Shown piece by piece: positions 1-12,129 of a stretch of DNA of 64,000 nucleotides (position 1 is its first letter; every line of letters starts with the position of its first letter). The position numbers and the translations under genes were made by a program. Source of the DNA: Azolla caroliniana (lineage: Eukaryota > Plantae > Polypodiophyta); contig JBHGNT010000002.1 in assembly GCA_043228905.1 (NCBI GenBank), positions 20,026,001 through 20,090,000 of the forward strand. The letters run 5' to 3'. The notes beneath the pieces were generated by a model that had not been told where the DNA came from, ran no database searches, and was given only the letters and a program-made list of their open reading frames with translations.

Positions 1-609
1 CCTTTCATCATGTCTTCGGCATACCCTTTCGACTTTAGCCCAATCCTCGGTAAGGCCGTTCGCACCGTCATCATCTTCGAGTTCGATCCCAATGTCCATC
101 CTTTCTTTTCGATCGATCGATTTTACGAACATTAGGACTTTATCTTCTCCCACCAATCGTTGTTCCCGCTCCGAGAGTCGAGCAAAACGATGCTCGAACT
201 CTAGGAATGCTTGTGTTGCACTTCGGTGGGTCTTCTCCGATGCCACCCATTCGTCAAACTCGCGTCGATCTCGTCCCTTCGATCTCTCGTAGTCATATGC
301 CTCTCGTAAAGCTTCTTCAAATGATCCCCATGTCGAGTTTTGTTGCCGTATCTTGTAGATTCTTTCTTGTAACTCATCCGTGGCTACCCGACTGAAGGAT
401 ATCACTTGCAATTCTTCTGGTATCCCACATCGCATCATCTCCCCTTTGTAGTCACGTAGATAGCGTGACACATCATTTCCGTTGAATTCCCCATTTCGTC
501 GCACAAGCCGCTCTACTGCCGCCTTCATCTCCGTCATCGCGCGTTGTTCTTGTTGCATCCGCTCAACCATCATCATCATCATGTTCATCACCTCTTGTTG
601 ATTCTCCAT
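1..609 (-). CDS. Ty3/Gypsy Gag N-terminal region of element G1 (ORF runs off the left edge of the window)
   Basis: Manual translation from ATG 609 gives MENQQEVM...LVRRNGEFNGNDVSRYLRDYKGEMMRCGIPEELQVISFSRVA...WGSFEEAL..., with no stop before the edge. It follows an LTR and PBS directly, and is homologous to the fragment at 12130-12770. Confidence 0.75.
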   Translation of the reverse strand, partial: MENQQEVMNMMMMMVERMQQEQRAMTEMKAAVERLVRRNGEFNGNDVSRYLRDYKGEMMRCGIPEELQVISFSRVATDELQERIYKIRQQNSTWGSFEEALREAYDYERSKGRDRREFDEWVASEKTHRSATQAFLEFEHRFARLSEREQRLVGEDKVLMFVKSIDRKERMDIGIELEDDDGANGLTEDWAKVERVCRRHDER

Positions 610-625
610 CCCCTTGCCACCCGTC

Positions 626-643
626 TTCACGTCGGGTTCACCA
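626..643 (-). promoter_or_regulatory. Primer-binding site complementary to the tRNA-Trp 3' end
   Basis: The minus strand reads TGGTGAACCCGACGTGAA, 4 nt after the LTR end. This complements the plant tRNA-Trp 3' end (...TTCACGTCGGGTTCACCA, recalled). Confidence 0.8.
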
Positions 644-647
644 ACTG

Positions 648-1379
648 TGTCGTGCCTTTCGGCGTCAGATCGTTTGCGTGAGTCGGGTGGGAACCGCTGG
701 GGTTTTGGACTAGGAAGAGGAGAGTTTTAAGGCTAATAAGAATATAAATATGTTGTAAGAAAGAGTTATAGCAAACTCGTGAATCCCACGAGTGTATTGT
801 ATTAGATTAATCAATATGAATATAAGAATATAAACTTCGGTTGAAAGAGAATGATATAGAATTCTCGTGAATCCCACGAGTATAGTTTATTAATTGGTGT
901 TTTTTAGAAACATATCCAGTTTCCAAATATTTTTCACACCCAATTACATTGTGCTTCCCCATCCTTATGTAGTGATGAGGAAGTCTTAGTAATCCATGCT
1001 TTTTCTCTAACTATAGACCCCATGCTTTTCCTATAGATAGACTATATGCTTTATCTAAAGTGATCATGCTTTTTTTTCTAACTTGTGCGTTTTTTATCAT
1101 GCACGTTAGATGTGTATGTGTAGCTTTTTCTTTTGTTATGCGTTTTTCTAATGTTTATCCTAGCGTGAATTTACCTTTCTATGTGGGACATCTATGCTTT
1201 AACACTAATGAAATGCTAGTGTAATGGTAAGACATTACATTATTAACATGGAGGTGCAAGGTTCGAATCTTGCCCTATGCATGTTTCATTTATTTTGCTA
1301 TTTTCTTCTATTTCTTCATTTTTTATTGAATCTAATACTATATACGTTTTTCACGTAGTGTACAAAATACACTACGACA
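648..1379 (-). mobile_element. 5' LTR of Gypsy G1 (LTR family T, carrying the tRNA-like module)
   Basis: Minus-strand termini are TGTCGTAG...GGCACGACA. It is nearly identical to the reverse complement of 34975-35700, has a PBS and gag downstream, and is flanked by ACGT at 1380-1383. Confidence 0.9.
1210..1282 (+). ncRNA. tRNA-like (Pol III A/B box) module inside the LTR, antisense to the element; not a functional tRNA gene
   Basis: A-box-like TAGTGTAATGG starts at 1217 and B-box-like GGTTCGAATC at 1260, which is tRNA-like spacing. GCAAG/CTTGC forms a hairpin around the B box, TTAACAT sits at the anticodon-loop position, and T-runs follow. The acceptor stem does not pair. Confidence 0.6.
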
Positions 1380-1982
1380 ACGTGCATAGGGCAAGATTCA
1401 AACCTTGCACCTCCATGTAGATAAACTTCAACTTTACCATTAAAATAACTTATCTTTAGTGTTATACATATAGATTTAATACGTATAAGACCTTTATTTA
1501 CACATACCTTTATAAAAAGGTAAAAATCATGCACATCTAGCGTGAATATTTTATTTACACGTGACATTGAAAGTGACTCATGCACATCTAGCGTGCATGA
1601 GCCCTATATTTAGGAAATGACAAAGCATCACATGCACATTTAGTGTGCATGGACACTTTTGGTGAAAAAGCATGAAGCCATGCTTAGCCTCTTCCATCTT
1701 TATATAAGGAGGAGAGAAATATGTATAAGGTTGTTGATTAATATACAAGGATTGATCAATCTAATATATTCGTGGGATTCACGAATTTTGCCACCTAAAT
1801 TACTCTTATAATCTAAATATTGTTTTAAATACACAAAACTCGTGGGATTCACGAGATTGCTATCTTACTTCTATTTCTACTATTCCTAACTAGCCTTAAG
1901 TTGTATTCCTCTTCCTCCTAGTCCAAAACCTCGGCGGTTCCCACCCGACTCACGCAATGATCCGGAGCCGAAAGGCACGACA
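1380..1982 (+). mobile_element. 3' part of an older family-T LTR, interrupted by G1
   Basis: It ends in GAAAGGCACGACA and contains the same tRNA-like segment and TCGTGGGATTCACGA dyads. G1 is inserted at ACGT within it. Confidence 0.8.
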
Positions 1983-2527
1983 CCGCTCTTTACTGCATCA
2001 ATGGAACGAGCTATCTCACTCAATGAACCATCCCTCTAATTTCACTGCTGCATTGGATTAAATAATAAATAGTGTATTAAAAAAAGAGAATTAACCTATG
2101 GTACCACAATTAATTAATCACTAAATGAGACATCAAATATGTGTTAATCATAATGGAGAACATCTAGACATATATGTTTGAGGGATCATGTAACAATCGA
2201 CAATGGTTCGATTCGATTTGAGAGGGTCCAAACCGAACCGTTTAAAAATATTGAAACCTAAACCAAACCGAACCATGAAATTATTAAACCGAACTGTTAA
2301 AAAATTTTCAAACCATTAAAACCGCGGTTTCATGGTTCGGTTTCGGTTTTCAACATAGGTCATAATTTAAAATTTTAAAATTTTAAAGACATTCTTGAAA
2401 TGTGAGAATAAGGTCTAAAAATGAAAAGATTGTTTAAAAACAATTTAAATTAAAAAAAAATAAAAAATCGTTAAACCGTTTAAACGACAGTTTCTAATGA
2501 TTGAAATCGCACTGAACCGTTTAAACC

Positions 2528-5500
2528 TGTAAAGAATCAAGAGATGGATTCTTGTGAAGCGGAATAGGTGTGAACTGTGTGTGTGTGTGTGTGTATGAGA
2601 TAGAGATAGAGAGAGACATAGAGTATACGCAAGGTTAAGTATATTAGCAAAGGAGAAAGACTCAACATTATACAAGGTGGGAGGAGGGTGCTTTATGTAG
2701 TCACCCTCTCTCATGGAGCATGGGGAATGTGAAAGCTCATAAGTTATGTGTCATAGAATATGATTCTATGACTCATACTAAATGCTAGAATACAAAGTGG
2801 TGACATAATGGTGACTCTTGACCATTGGAGTGTCTCTTCACTCTCAAGGTGAGTTCACACACTAGACCAAGTTGAACTTGATTCTCAACACACCCCCTCA
2901 AGCTCAAGTCGGGGGTCGGTTTCAGACGGTATCCGAAATCCACTTCAACTCACGTTCCGGAGTCCGCGTTGACTCGCTTTATGCGGAGTTGCGGAATCCG
3001 TGCTCCAGCTTGCGTTGTGCGTAGTTGCGAAGTCTTTGCTTCGGCTTGTGTCTTTCTTCGCGGCTTTGCGCGGTAGATCTACTCTTTGCTGCTTCGTTGC
3101 ATGGTTGCGGAATCTACGCGTTATTGCGTAGTGTCTTCAGTACTCCCCCTCAAGCTTAGTAGGTCAGGGATCGTCAATCCGAGATCCGTCATGAATTGCC
3201 ATAGCTTGTCGGCTCCTAAGGCTTTAGTGAAGATGTCAGCCGTTTGAAGATTGGTGCTAATGTGTTGTAGGTCGACATCGCTAGCCAGAACGTGCTCTCG
3301 GATGAAGTGATAGTGCACTTCGATGTGCTTTGTCCGCGCATGGAACACCGGGTTTTGAGCCAGATAGATACTGCTCATGTTGTCGTAGTAAAGGGAAGTT
3401 AGATCCTTGATGGGTACGCCCAGATCCTTCAAAATCCTCTTGAGCCATACGGCTTCACACGCAGCTACGATTGCGCCCCTATATTCCGCCTCCGTACTCG
3501 AAAGAGCGACGGTAGGCTGCTTCTTGCTACTTCAGGATATTGCTCCGCTGCTGAGGGAGAAAACAAATCCAGAGGTTGATCTTCTATCCACTTTGTAGCC
3601 GGCCCAATCGGCATCTGTGTACCCCTCGAGTCGTATTGGCATCGCGATCTTGTAGAGGATGCTGCAATCCATTGTGCCACTCACATAGCGTAGAACTCGC
3701 TTAGCACAATCCAAGTGAGTATCACGCGGTGTTTCTATGAATTGGCTAAGGAGACCGACCGGATAACTGAGATCGGGTTGAGTGATCATGAGGTAGATGA
3801 GACTCCCGATGAGTTGCCGATACTGAGTCCACTCACACGCTTTGGTGCCGGAGTTCGCATCTAGTTTGAGATTGCGATCGAGCGGTGTTGCCGCGGATTT
3901 GCACTCAGCCATACCGAACTTGTATAACAAGTTGAGGATGTAGTGCCGTTGAGAGATCATGATTCCGGCCGGAGTCCGAATTACCTCGATGCCGAGGAAG
4001 TAGTGGAGCTCCTTCATGTCCGTCATCTCGAACTTGTCGGAAAGGAGGGATTTGACCTTATTGATGTTGACGAGATGCTCACCGCCAATTAATAGGTCAT
4101 CCACATATAAAATGATGACGATCGGACTTGCGGAATCGCTTCGTATGTAGAGGGAGTTGTCCGATTTTGACATATGGAAGCCGATTTGATGAAGATATTG
4201 CGTTATCTTCGAATGCCAAGCACGTGGTGCTTGCTTGAGGCCGTAGAGTGGCTTCTTGAGTCGTCATACAACTTTCGGATGGGTGCTCGAGTTGAAGCCG
4301 GGTGGTTGTATCATGTACACCTCCTCTTTTAATTCGCCTTGTAGAAAGGCATTCTTGACGTCCATTTGATGGAGGTGCCACACTTTCGCCGCGGCAAGCG
4401 CAATTACGGTCCGCACCGTCGTCATCTTTGCCACCGGGGCAAAGGTCTCTTCGTAGTCGACGCCATGCATCTGAGCGTATCCTTTCGCTACGAGTCGAGC
4501 TTTGTAGCGGTTTACGGAGCCATCGGCGTTATACTTCACCTTGTAGTTCCATCTGCATCCGATCACCTTTTTGTGTGGTGAGGTGGAAACAAGATCCCAC
4601 GTCTCGTTCTTCCGTAGTGCCTGCATCTCCTTCCTCGTTCATTGCTTCAATTCATCGCAAGTCCTTCGCAGCTTCCAAAAAGGTTTCCGGCTTCCGTACT
4701 GTCGCTACCTTCATCATAAAGGCGTAATGGTACGCCATATAATCGTTGTAGCCGAATCTGCTTACGGGGTTCTTTTCACGGGTGGATTGACGGAGTTTTT
4801 CATTTGCAGAGATGAGGGCTTTCTTAGCTCCGATTGGTACCTCGAAACCGTCGAACTCACTGTCGAGTGAGTGAGTCGACTCATCGTCGTTGAAGCGATT
4901 GTCTTCGTATTCCGACATTTTCGCCTTGCCTTTGTCCATCTTTGAGCTAGGCCGTGATGTGCTTTGATCGCTCAAAGGCTCTTGTGGTCCACTCAATTGG
5001 GTCGTGATCGAACTTTCTTCGAATATGCGTGTAAGGCGATCTTCATCCTTGATCTCTTGTTCGGCGAATTCCGGGTCGAGCAGAGTCGGACTCGAAGTTG
5101 TCTTTGGTGCGTACCAGGATGCAGACTCGTCAAAAACGACATGTCTACTTACTTGAGATTTTCGAGTTGAGGGGTTGTAGCACTTGTACCCCTTTTGCTC
5201 CAGTGAGTATCCTACGAGGATACATTTCTCCGACTTCGGGTCAAGCTTTTGACGCTTCTCGTCGGGGATGTGCACGTACGCAATGGAGCCGAATATCCGA
5301 ACATGAGATAGGTTTGGCTTCTTTTCGAAGAATCTTTCGTGCGGAGTGACCTCGTGCACGCCGGATGTTGTGCACCGGTTCATTAGGTAGACGACTGTAT
5401 TTGCAGCTTCGGCCAATAAGACTTGGGCATATGCTTCTCATTCATCATTGCCCGCGCTACTTCGAGGATGTGCCGATTTTTGCGCTCGGCTACCCCGTTT

Positions 5501-7984
5501 TGTTGCGGAGTGTGTCGGCAAGTGAATTCTCGCCGAATTCCTTCCTTTCGGAGATACGCCGTGAAATCGTCCGAGAAGTACTCCTTGCCGCCATCCGATC
5601 GAAGACAACGTACATGTCGGCCCGTGGCTTTCTCGACTTCATTCTTGAATATTTGGAAGTGTCTGAACACTTCGCTCTTTTGCTGCATTGGATAGATCCA
5701 AGTGTGCCTAGAAAAGTCGTCAATGAAGAGTACGTAATATCGGCATCTGTCGAATGTTGCTGTTTGAGCCGGACCCCATACATCGGAATGAATTATGTCG
5801 AGTACGCCTTTGCTCACATTCCGCTCCTTCGGAAATGGGTGTCGGTGTTGCTTGCCGAATTGGCACGCTTCGCATACACCTTCAATCTCCTTCTCTTTGA
5901 ATGTCGGGAGTCCGATGACGACTCCTTTCGATTTCATTGCTTTGAGTTTGTTGAGATTGATGTGGCCGATTCGCTTATGCCATAGCTCTATGTCGGAGTC
6001 GGCTTTCGTGCTTTTCGCGAACATGGCGGATTTCATCTCGTGCGAATTGAGAATGAACATCTAGCCCTCTCTTCTTCCGCGTGCGATGATTCAACCTTCT
6101 TTTTCGATAAAGCACCCTTCTTGGTCGAATTGTACTTGCATCCCTTGCTCAACCATTTGGCCGACCGAGACCAAATTCTTCGTGATGGTGGGAACATGCA
6201 AGACATTTTTAATGTATGTTTGCTTACCTCTTTCGCCGAACGGAACATTGCCGATGTGCCGAATCGGGTGCGTAGTGTCATCTTCGGTTTCGACATAACC
6301 GGGTCGCTCCGGCTCTCGAAGTTCGAGAAACCATTCTTTGTGGGATGTCATATGGTTTGAGGTTCCAGAGTCAACAAACCATACGTCCTCCGGATTGAGG
6401 GCACTAGTTGAGGTAGAGGCCGACATAGAGTTTGCTCTATGTTTCATCATGAACATTCCGCCATGGTCGGAGTTGTATGCGTACATTCCGCCACGATCCT
6501 CGTAGTCGGAGTTGTGCCCGTACATTCCGCTATACTCTTCGTAGTCGGAATTGTGCGCGTAATTCGTGAGTTGTCGGCTTGTGGAAGCCGATTCACGCAT
6601 CTTCTTTCGGCACTCTTCTTTGTGGTGGTCGAGCTTTCCGCAATATCTGCATTCGGTTGCGTTTTGATGGCTCGGGCCAGAGTCGAAGCTCCCCCTTCTT
6701 GCGAAGGTTCCTCGTTGGCCTCCGTTTTGTGGCCGAAATTGGGAGTTGTTATCGTAGGTCGGACCTCGTCCGCCTTGTCCTTGGCCGAATCGGCCTCTTG
6801 CTCGTCTGCGTCCTCTTCCTCCATTAGAGTGCGTGTAGAGCATGTGGCCTTCCGACTCATTGCTCCTTGTACGCACGTGGTTTTCTTCGACCAATAGCAT
6901 TGATTGGAGCTCGAAGAAGGAGGGAGATTTCTCCCGTGCTAGAACGGCGGTTCGCATCGCGCTGAACCGTGGTGCGAGGCCGCCGAGGCATATTTGCACC
7001 ATCTCATCATCATCTATACTTACGCTTATTGAGCTGAGTGAGTCGCAAAGCTCCTTGATCTTCAAGGTGTATGTCGTGATGGACATATCCCTTTGTTGAA
7101 TGTTGTTCAACTCTTGGCGGAGTTGAAGCTTCCTCGCGGTCGTGTTGGCGGCGAAAATCTTTCGTAGATTTTCCAACACTTCCTTCGGCGTCTTGGCTTC
7201 TCGAATGTAACCGAGCATGTGGTCGTGAACACATGTCGCCAAACAATACATCACGCGGCTTGCGGCTTGCTCCCATGTCGCGTATCCGGGAGCCGCTTCG
7301 GCGGGTCGGTCTTCATGTGCTCCTTTGATGTAGCTCCAATAGCCTTGTCCGACAAGGTATTGGTGCATCTTGTACTCCCAAGATGCGAAGTTGTTTCGAT
7401 CCAACTTCTCGGTAGGGAGAGCGCTCCCCATTTGAGTATTCATTATGTCGATTCTTCTTCTTCTTCTTCTCTCTTGGAATGCGAGCTATGTAGCGAAGCT
7501 ACGATAACGATGAGCCGGTTCTTGGTCGTCGGCGTGGAGCACAACACACGATCACGATGAGGCAAATGGGCTAGATCGAGCTACCAAATCTCTCTGATAC
7601 CATGTAAAGAATCAAGAGATGGATTCTTGTGAAGCGGAATAGGTGTGAACTGTGTGTGTGTGTGTGTGTGTATGAGATAGAGAGAGAGAGAGACAGAGTA
7701 TACGCAAGGTTAAGTATATTAGCAAAGGAGAAAGACTCAACATTATACAAGGTGGGAGGAGGGTGCTTTATGTAGTCACCCTCTCTCTTCATTAACTACA
7801 AGACTCATGGAGCATGGGGAATGTGAAAGCACATAAGTTATGTGTCATAGAATATGATTCTATGACTCATACTAAATGCTAGAATACAAAGTGGTGACAT
7901 AATGGTGACTCTTGACCGTTGGAGTGTCTCTTCACTCTCAAGGTGAGTTCACACACTAGACCAAGTTGAGCTTGATTCTCAACA
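2528..7984 (-). mobile_element. Full-length Ty1/Copia retrotransposon C1
   Basis: LTRs at 2528-2890 and 7603-7984 have TG...CA ends and are near-identical apart from microsatellite length and a roughly 20-bp indel. TSD is AAACC (2523-2527, 7985-7989). The iMet PBS TGGTATCAGAG is at 7592-7602 and the PPT adjoins 2891. Confidence 0.95.
3121..7443 (-). pseudogene. C1 gag-pol with frameshifts and stops: Gag zinc knuckle, protease, integrase, RT, RNase H
   Basis: Motifs appear in Copia order: [91 protein letters not shown]. They are spread over several reading frames. Confidence 0.92.
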
Positions 7985-9900
7985 AAACCGTTAAGTCGTG
8001 GTTCGGTTCGGTTCAAACTGAACCGTTGCCGATTGTTAGGATCATGATAGTGGAACAATGTGTTTTGGAATATGTACTTTTGGTTCCACAATTCCAATAG
8101 AACATAATGCTAGTGTCAAGGATGGTGGATTTTGACTATGAGGTACTCTTCTCAAAGTTAGATGAAGAAAAGTAGAAGTTAGTAATTGGATTTATGGAGC
8201 AAAGATGCAATTTGTTTGATCTAAATACGTAAATTGTGGAAAAACATTGTGTATACAAAGTGAATAGTGCTTTGGCCTCTCAGGTTTCTTGATATCATAG
8301 AAGATACATGTAGAAGGATTGGTACATGAAATTCTCAAAGGCTAAGAGCATGTTGGGCAACAAATCCCAAAAGTCATTTGCATTGAAGATCGAGATAGTG
8401 TAATCTCATCTAGATTTGGTCCACACCAACCTCTACAAAATCATTAAGCATATCATCCCACTTCTTCTTTATTGTTTTTATAGGCATAACCATGCAAAGC
8501 CAATTCCATAACTAATGTTAGTGGGGTAAGGGTATTGTGCAACCAATTATCTCGAGAACTAGGACAAACCCATACATAGCTATTATATGTGGTGGTATTT
8601 AAGCTTTAGGTGTTGGGCTACATGAAGGGAGCTAGCAACCCGCATCGTTACATCATCTTGAGACGTTATCAAGAGTCTTAGCGGTGATGCTAAATTCTCT
8701 TATTCAGATCCATTATTCAACAACCAAGCTATAACATAAGGTAATAGTTTAGAATGTTGTTCAAATAACCGATTATAACACTACATAACTTGACTAATAG
8801 ATTGGTTTGTAAGTGACCTTGGATCTTCTTGAAATATAAGAAGCAAATCCTTTACATTGTTGTGAACCCCATATTGAAATCAATCCATCAATGTCCCTTT
8901 GTCCCTAGGAATGTCACGTGCAAGTGAAATTTTGTTACATAAGCCAAGCAAAGTCAATATCCTTGTCGTAATCTTGAATCCTATTTATTGTTGTTCTCAC
9001 ATTGTTTAATATATCTCTTAGGCATGCTTGAATGATTTAATAAAACCACCAAAATCATCGTGCAATGGTGTGAACGATGATTGTGTTTCTATCAACACGA
9101 TGTCACTTAACCCATTTCAAGCTACATCCATTAGATATTAGGTAAGATGTATCTAAATTACTTGATGCACCTAATTTTGGAACATTTGACACTAAGACTA
9201 CACATTATTGAACTTCAACGGTAGATTAATATTTGGTTCTTCAAGGAAGCCTTGTACTTAAAAAGATTGTTATCGCAAAGATAATAAGTTTCTTGTAGTT
9301 TATGAACACTTTGAAATAGGTTTTCATGTTATTGTGCCTATTCGACATTCACTTGCTTCAAATCCCGATCGATCTTTGGTTCTCTTATGTCAATACAATA
9401 CACTTGGTTGTGGAAGCCTCTATCTCTAGGAGAATATGCACCTAATATTGTTTGCAAAATCTTGGTAAGATTCTCGAATGGAGGAGGCGAAGAAGAAATG
9501 TCTCCTAATTCAAATGATCAAGGGTTGAAGCCAAAAACATCATTGAATAGGTAGAGACTAGAGGGAAAAAAGGAAATTTATCCTAGAGCATATGAGCTAG
9601 AACTACACAATTACTCTTTAACATTTTGTATCTAAACAAAATGCTTTGACAACATCAAAACCCTCGTAAATATATCTCCCATTCAATGTGTTATAGGCGT
9701 AAGCTTGCGGACCAATTCTATTGCCAATTTTTAATGGGTTAAGGGTAGGATTTTCAAGAAACTAATTATCCTAGGATTTGAGGCAAACCCATATGAACCT
9801 ATGTCACATGGGAACAAGTAGTGGTTTGGGAGCCTTAGATGTTGAGTTGTAGTATAGCGGGGACTAGCTATCCCTTCATTACAACATCTTGAGATGATGT

Positions 9901-10306
9901 TGTCGTGAAGATTTTCGGCAACAATGAGAAAATCTACTAAAGAAGGTAAATCGGACATGTGCGAGTGTATGCACACCAACGAGCATTTGTGCACATGCAC
10001 ATTAGAAAAAAGGGGGAAAAGATGATGTAAAGGGGTAAACGGATGTAAATGGCAAAAAATACATTGGGAAGAGTAATTGTGGCCTGCATTGAGATGCTCA
10101 AGCACACATAACAAGAATGAAATGAGTAGTAGGTGAGAGTGAGTGGGGTGCACTAATTAAGGGGGAAAACATTCCTCTCTGACATGAGAGGAAGATTGGA
10201 TCTCCTCTTTGTAACGAAGCACCCTCCCCTTTAGGACTATTAAAGGAAAGGGTGTTGATGCTTCTTGGTTGTTGTCTGCTTCATATAATTTCTTACTGTG
10301 TTTGGA

Positions 10307-10346
<40 letters not shown>

Positions 10347-10624
10347 AGGAGAGGGTGTTGTCTCATTAATATACTTTGATCTCTGAAGACGATAATAGAA
10401 TCTATCTATCTCTCTTTTTCTCTCTCTTGCTCCCTCGACAACTTGCACTCGTTGTCGTGAGCCCAAGAGCTCGCCGTTTGCGTGGTTGAATGCTCGGTTC
10501 ACCGTTGGGGGTCCATCGAAAGTGAGAGCGTTGGTGCTGCTGTGCCCTCGGATTTCTCTACTCACTACGCCTTTGGTTGGTGCTAGTCGTTCCAACCGAC
10601 CCACATGCACGGATATCCGTGACA
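9901..10624 (+). mobile_element. Solo LTR of a different family (termini TGTCGTG...GTGACA)
   Basis: It has TG...CA termini with flanks ATGT (9897-9900) and ACGT (10625-10628). The joined flanks align with an uninterrupted diverged repeat at about 8500-8745. It contains (CT)n(AT)n. Confidence 0.65.
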
Positions 10625-11339
10625 ACGTCGAGACTATTTTGGTGAGGCTAAACTCTATTCTTCAAATTCGTAATTTAACATCTAAGATATAACATAAGGT
10701 AATGTTGGGTGTGGCATGGACACCATTGATATTTATGTTCGTCTCGTCTCCTTCATTCGTAAGTGGTCACTATGGTTAAAAACCCTTAAACAATTATTGT
10801 CCGTAGTCCCTTATTCTTTTGCTCATCATTAGTATGTTACATAATAACATGACTAAGCTAACAAACATGTTTGCCAATTACCAATAATTTGGAAAGGTTA
10901 TAATAGCTACTATATTTATTTTATTTCCAAAAATGTACTACTTCCATTAGTTATGTCCATGGACATAGGATATTATACATCTCATATTGTATAGGCCAAC
11001 TTGCATGGCTATGAAGAGACAAGCATGCACAAAGGAATCAACCCCCCCAAAAAAACTAATAATCACCGGATCAAGAGGGATGAACATAGAAGGATAAGCA
11101 ACCTTCCTGCCATGGATACGAGCCACGAAACATATGAGACCCCACTAGCCGTTCCACTTGCAGGTGCCATTTACAATGCTCCCTTTGAATTGTGAGCCAC
11201 TTCTGAACCATGGACAAAACTGGATATGGAGTATAACAATATGCATCCGATGAGCACAATATTACTCGACAACAGACCCTCAACATCGTGAGCCACATAT
11301 GATCCTATTTCAGCATAAACATCCTCCAATCTCCTCATG

Positions 11340-12085
11340 TGGCAGCATTCACCTATTTTTTATGTTTGGTGCTTTCGGAGTGAACAACCATTGTGGTGGT
11401 TGATAAATCCACTTTCCATTGCCATCCACCATCTACAACATCGGAGAACCTCCCCATTTCATGAGAAAACACGCTCTAGCTTCTCCACTTGTGTCTGAGG
11501 TCCCCTGAATGCTTTCATACTCTCCTTGTAACGTAGAAATAAGATTAAACCAAATAATCATTAAACTCTCTGCCGATGGGGTTCGCTTACCCGTGAAAGT
11601 CTCCTTGCATCTAGATACCCACACTTGCCAAACTGTAAGGCATGCCACTAATAACCAAATGTCCACAAGTCGTTCCTGCATGTTTAATGAACCCACCATG
11701 TGCTGTAAGTTGTACATTTCCGTGTGCTTTACTTTGAATTCGGTTCAACTATATTCCTTTGTCGATGTCTACACCAATCCACGTTCGCAGATATCTGGTG
11801 GCTTCGCCTTCTGCTATCCATTTGAATTCAGCATTTGGTTTCCAGTTAGAGAGATTCTAGTTCCTTTCCTCCCTGTAATCAACACCTTACTCGAGTTATT
11901 CCTATATAAGGCTTGAGCAACACACCTCCATTCCCACGATAGCTGAATGACATTCGTCACTTCTTCAAGGAACGACCATTGCACACGATCATAGGCTTTC
12001 TCGAAGTCGAGTATCAAACTAGCTAACTTCTACTTGGTCTCCTTCGCCGTCGTAACAACTTCCCAGAACAATATCACATTGTCCA
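11340..12085 (-). mobile_element. Degenerate, internally deleted L1-type LINE fragment (RT and C-terminal region)
   Basis: The RT motif LDFEKAYDRVQWSFL is in ORF 11814-12017, and a C-terminal VWQVWVSRC motif (WxxWxxRN-like) is in ORF 11433-11717. Boundaries are approximate. Confidence 0.75.
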
Positions 12086-12129
12086 TTATAAACCATTGTC
12101 CAGAACAATATCACATTATCATAGAGCCT

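Larger units (their letters stand above)
2191..8038. mobile_element. Non-autonomous hAT-type MITE (about 390 bp), split by Copia C1
   Basis: TIRs are TAACAATCGACAATGGTTC and GAACCGTTGCCGATTGTTA. The 8-bp TSD GGATCATG lies at 2183-2190 and 8039-8046, and there are AACCG/CGGTT subterminal repeats. Confidence 0.8.

Noticed and set aside
1210-1282. A functional tRNA-Val gene
   Set aside because: The acceptor and anticodon stems do not pair, so it is reported only as a tRNA-like module.
3407-7560. Numerous plus-strand ORFs antisense to C1 pol (and equivalent ORFs over C2, C4 and C6)
   Set aside because: These are shadow ORFs of GC-rich retroelement coding sequence with no independent support.
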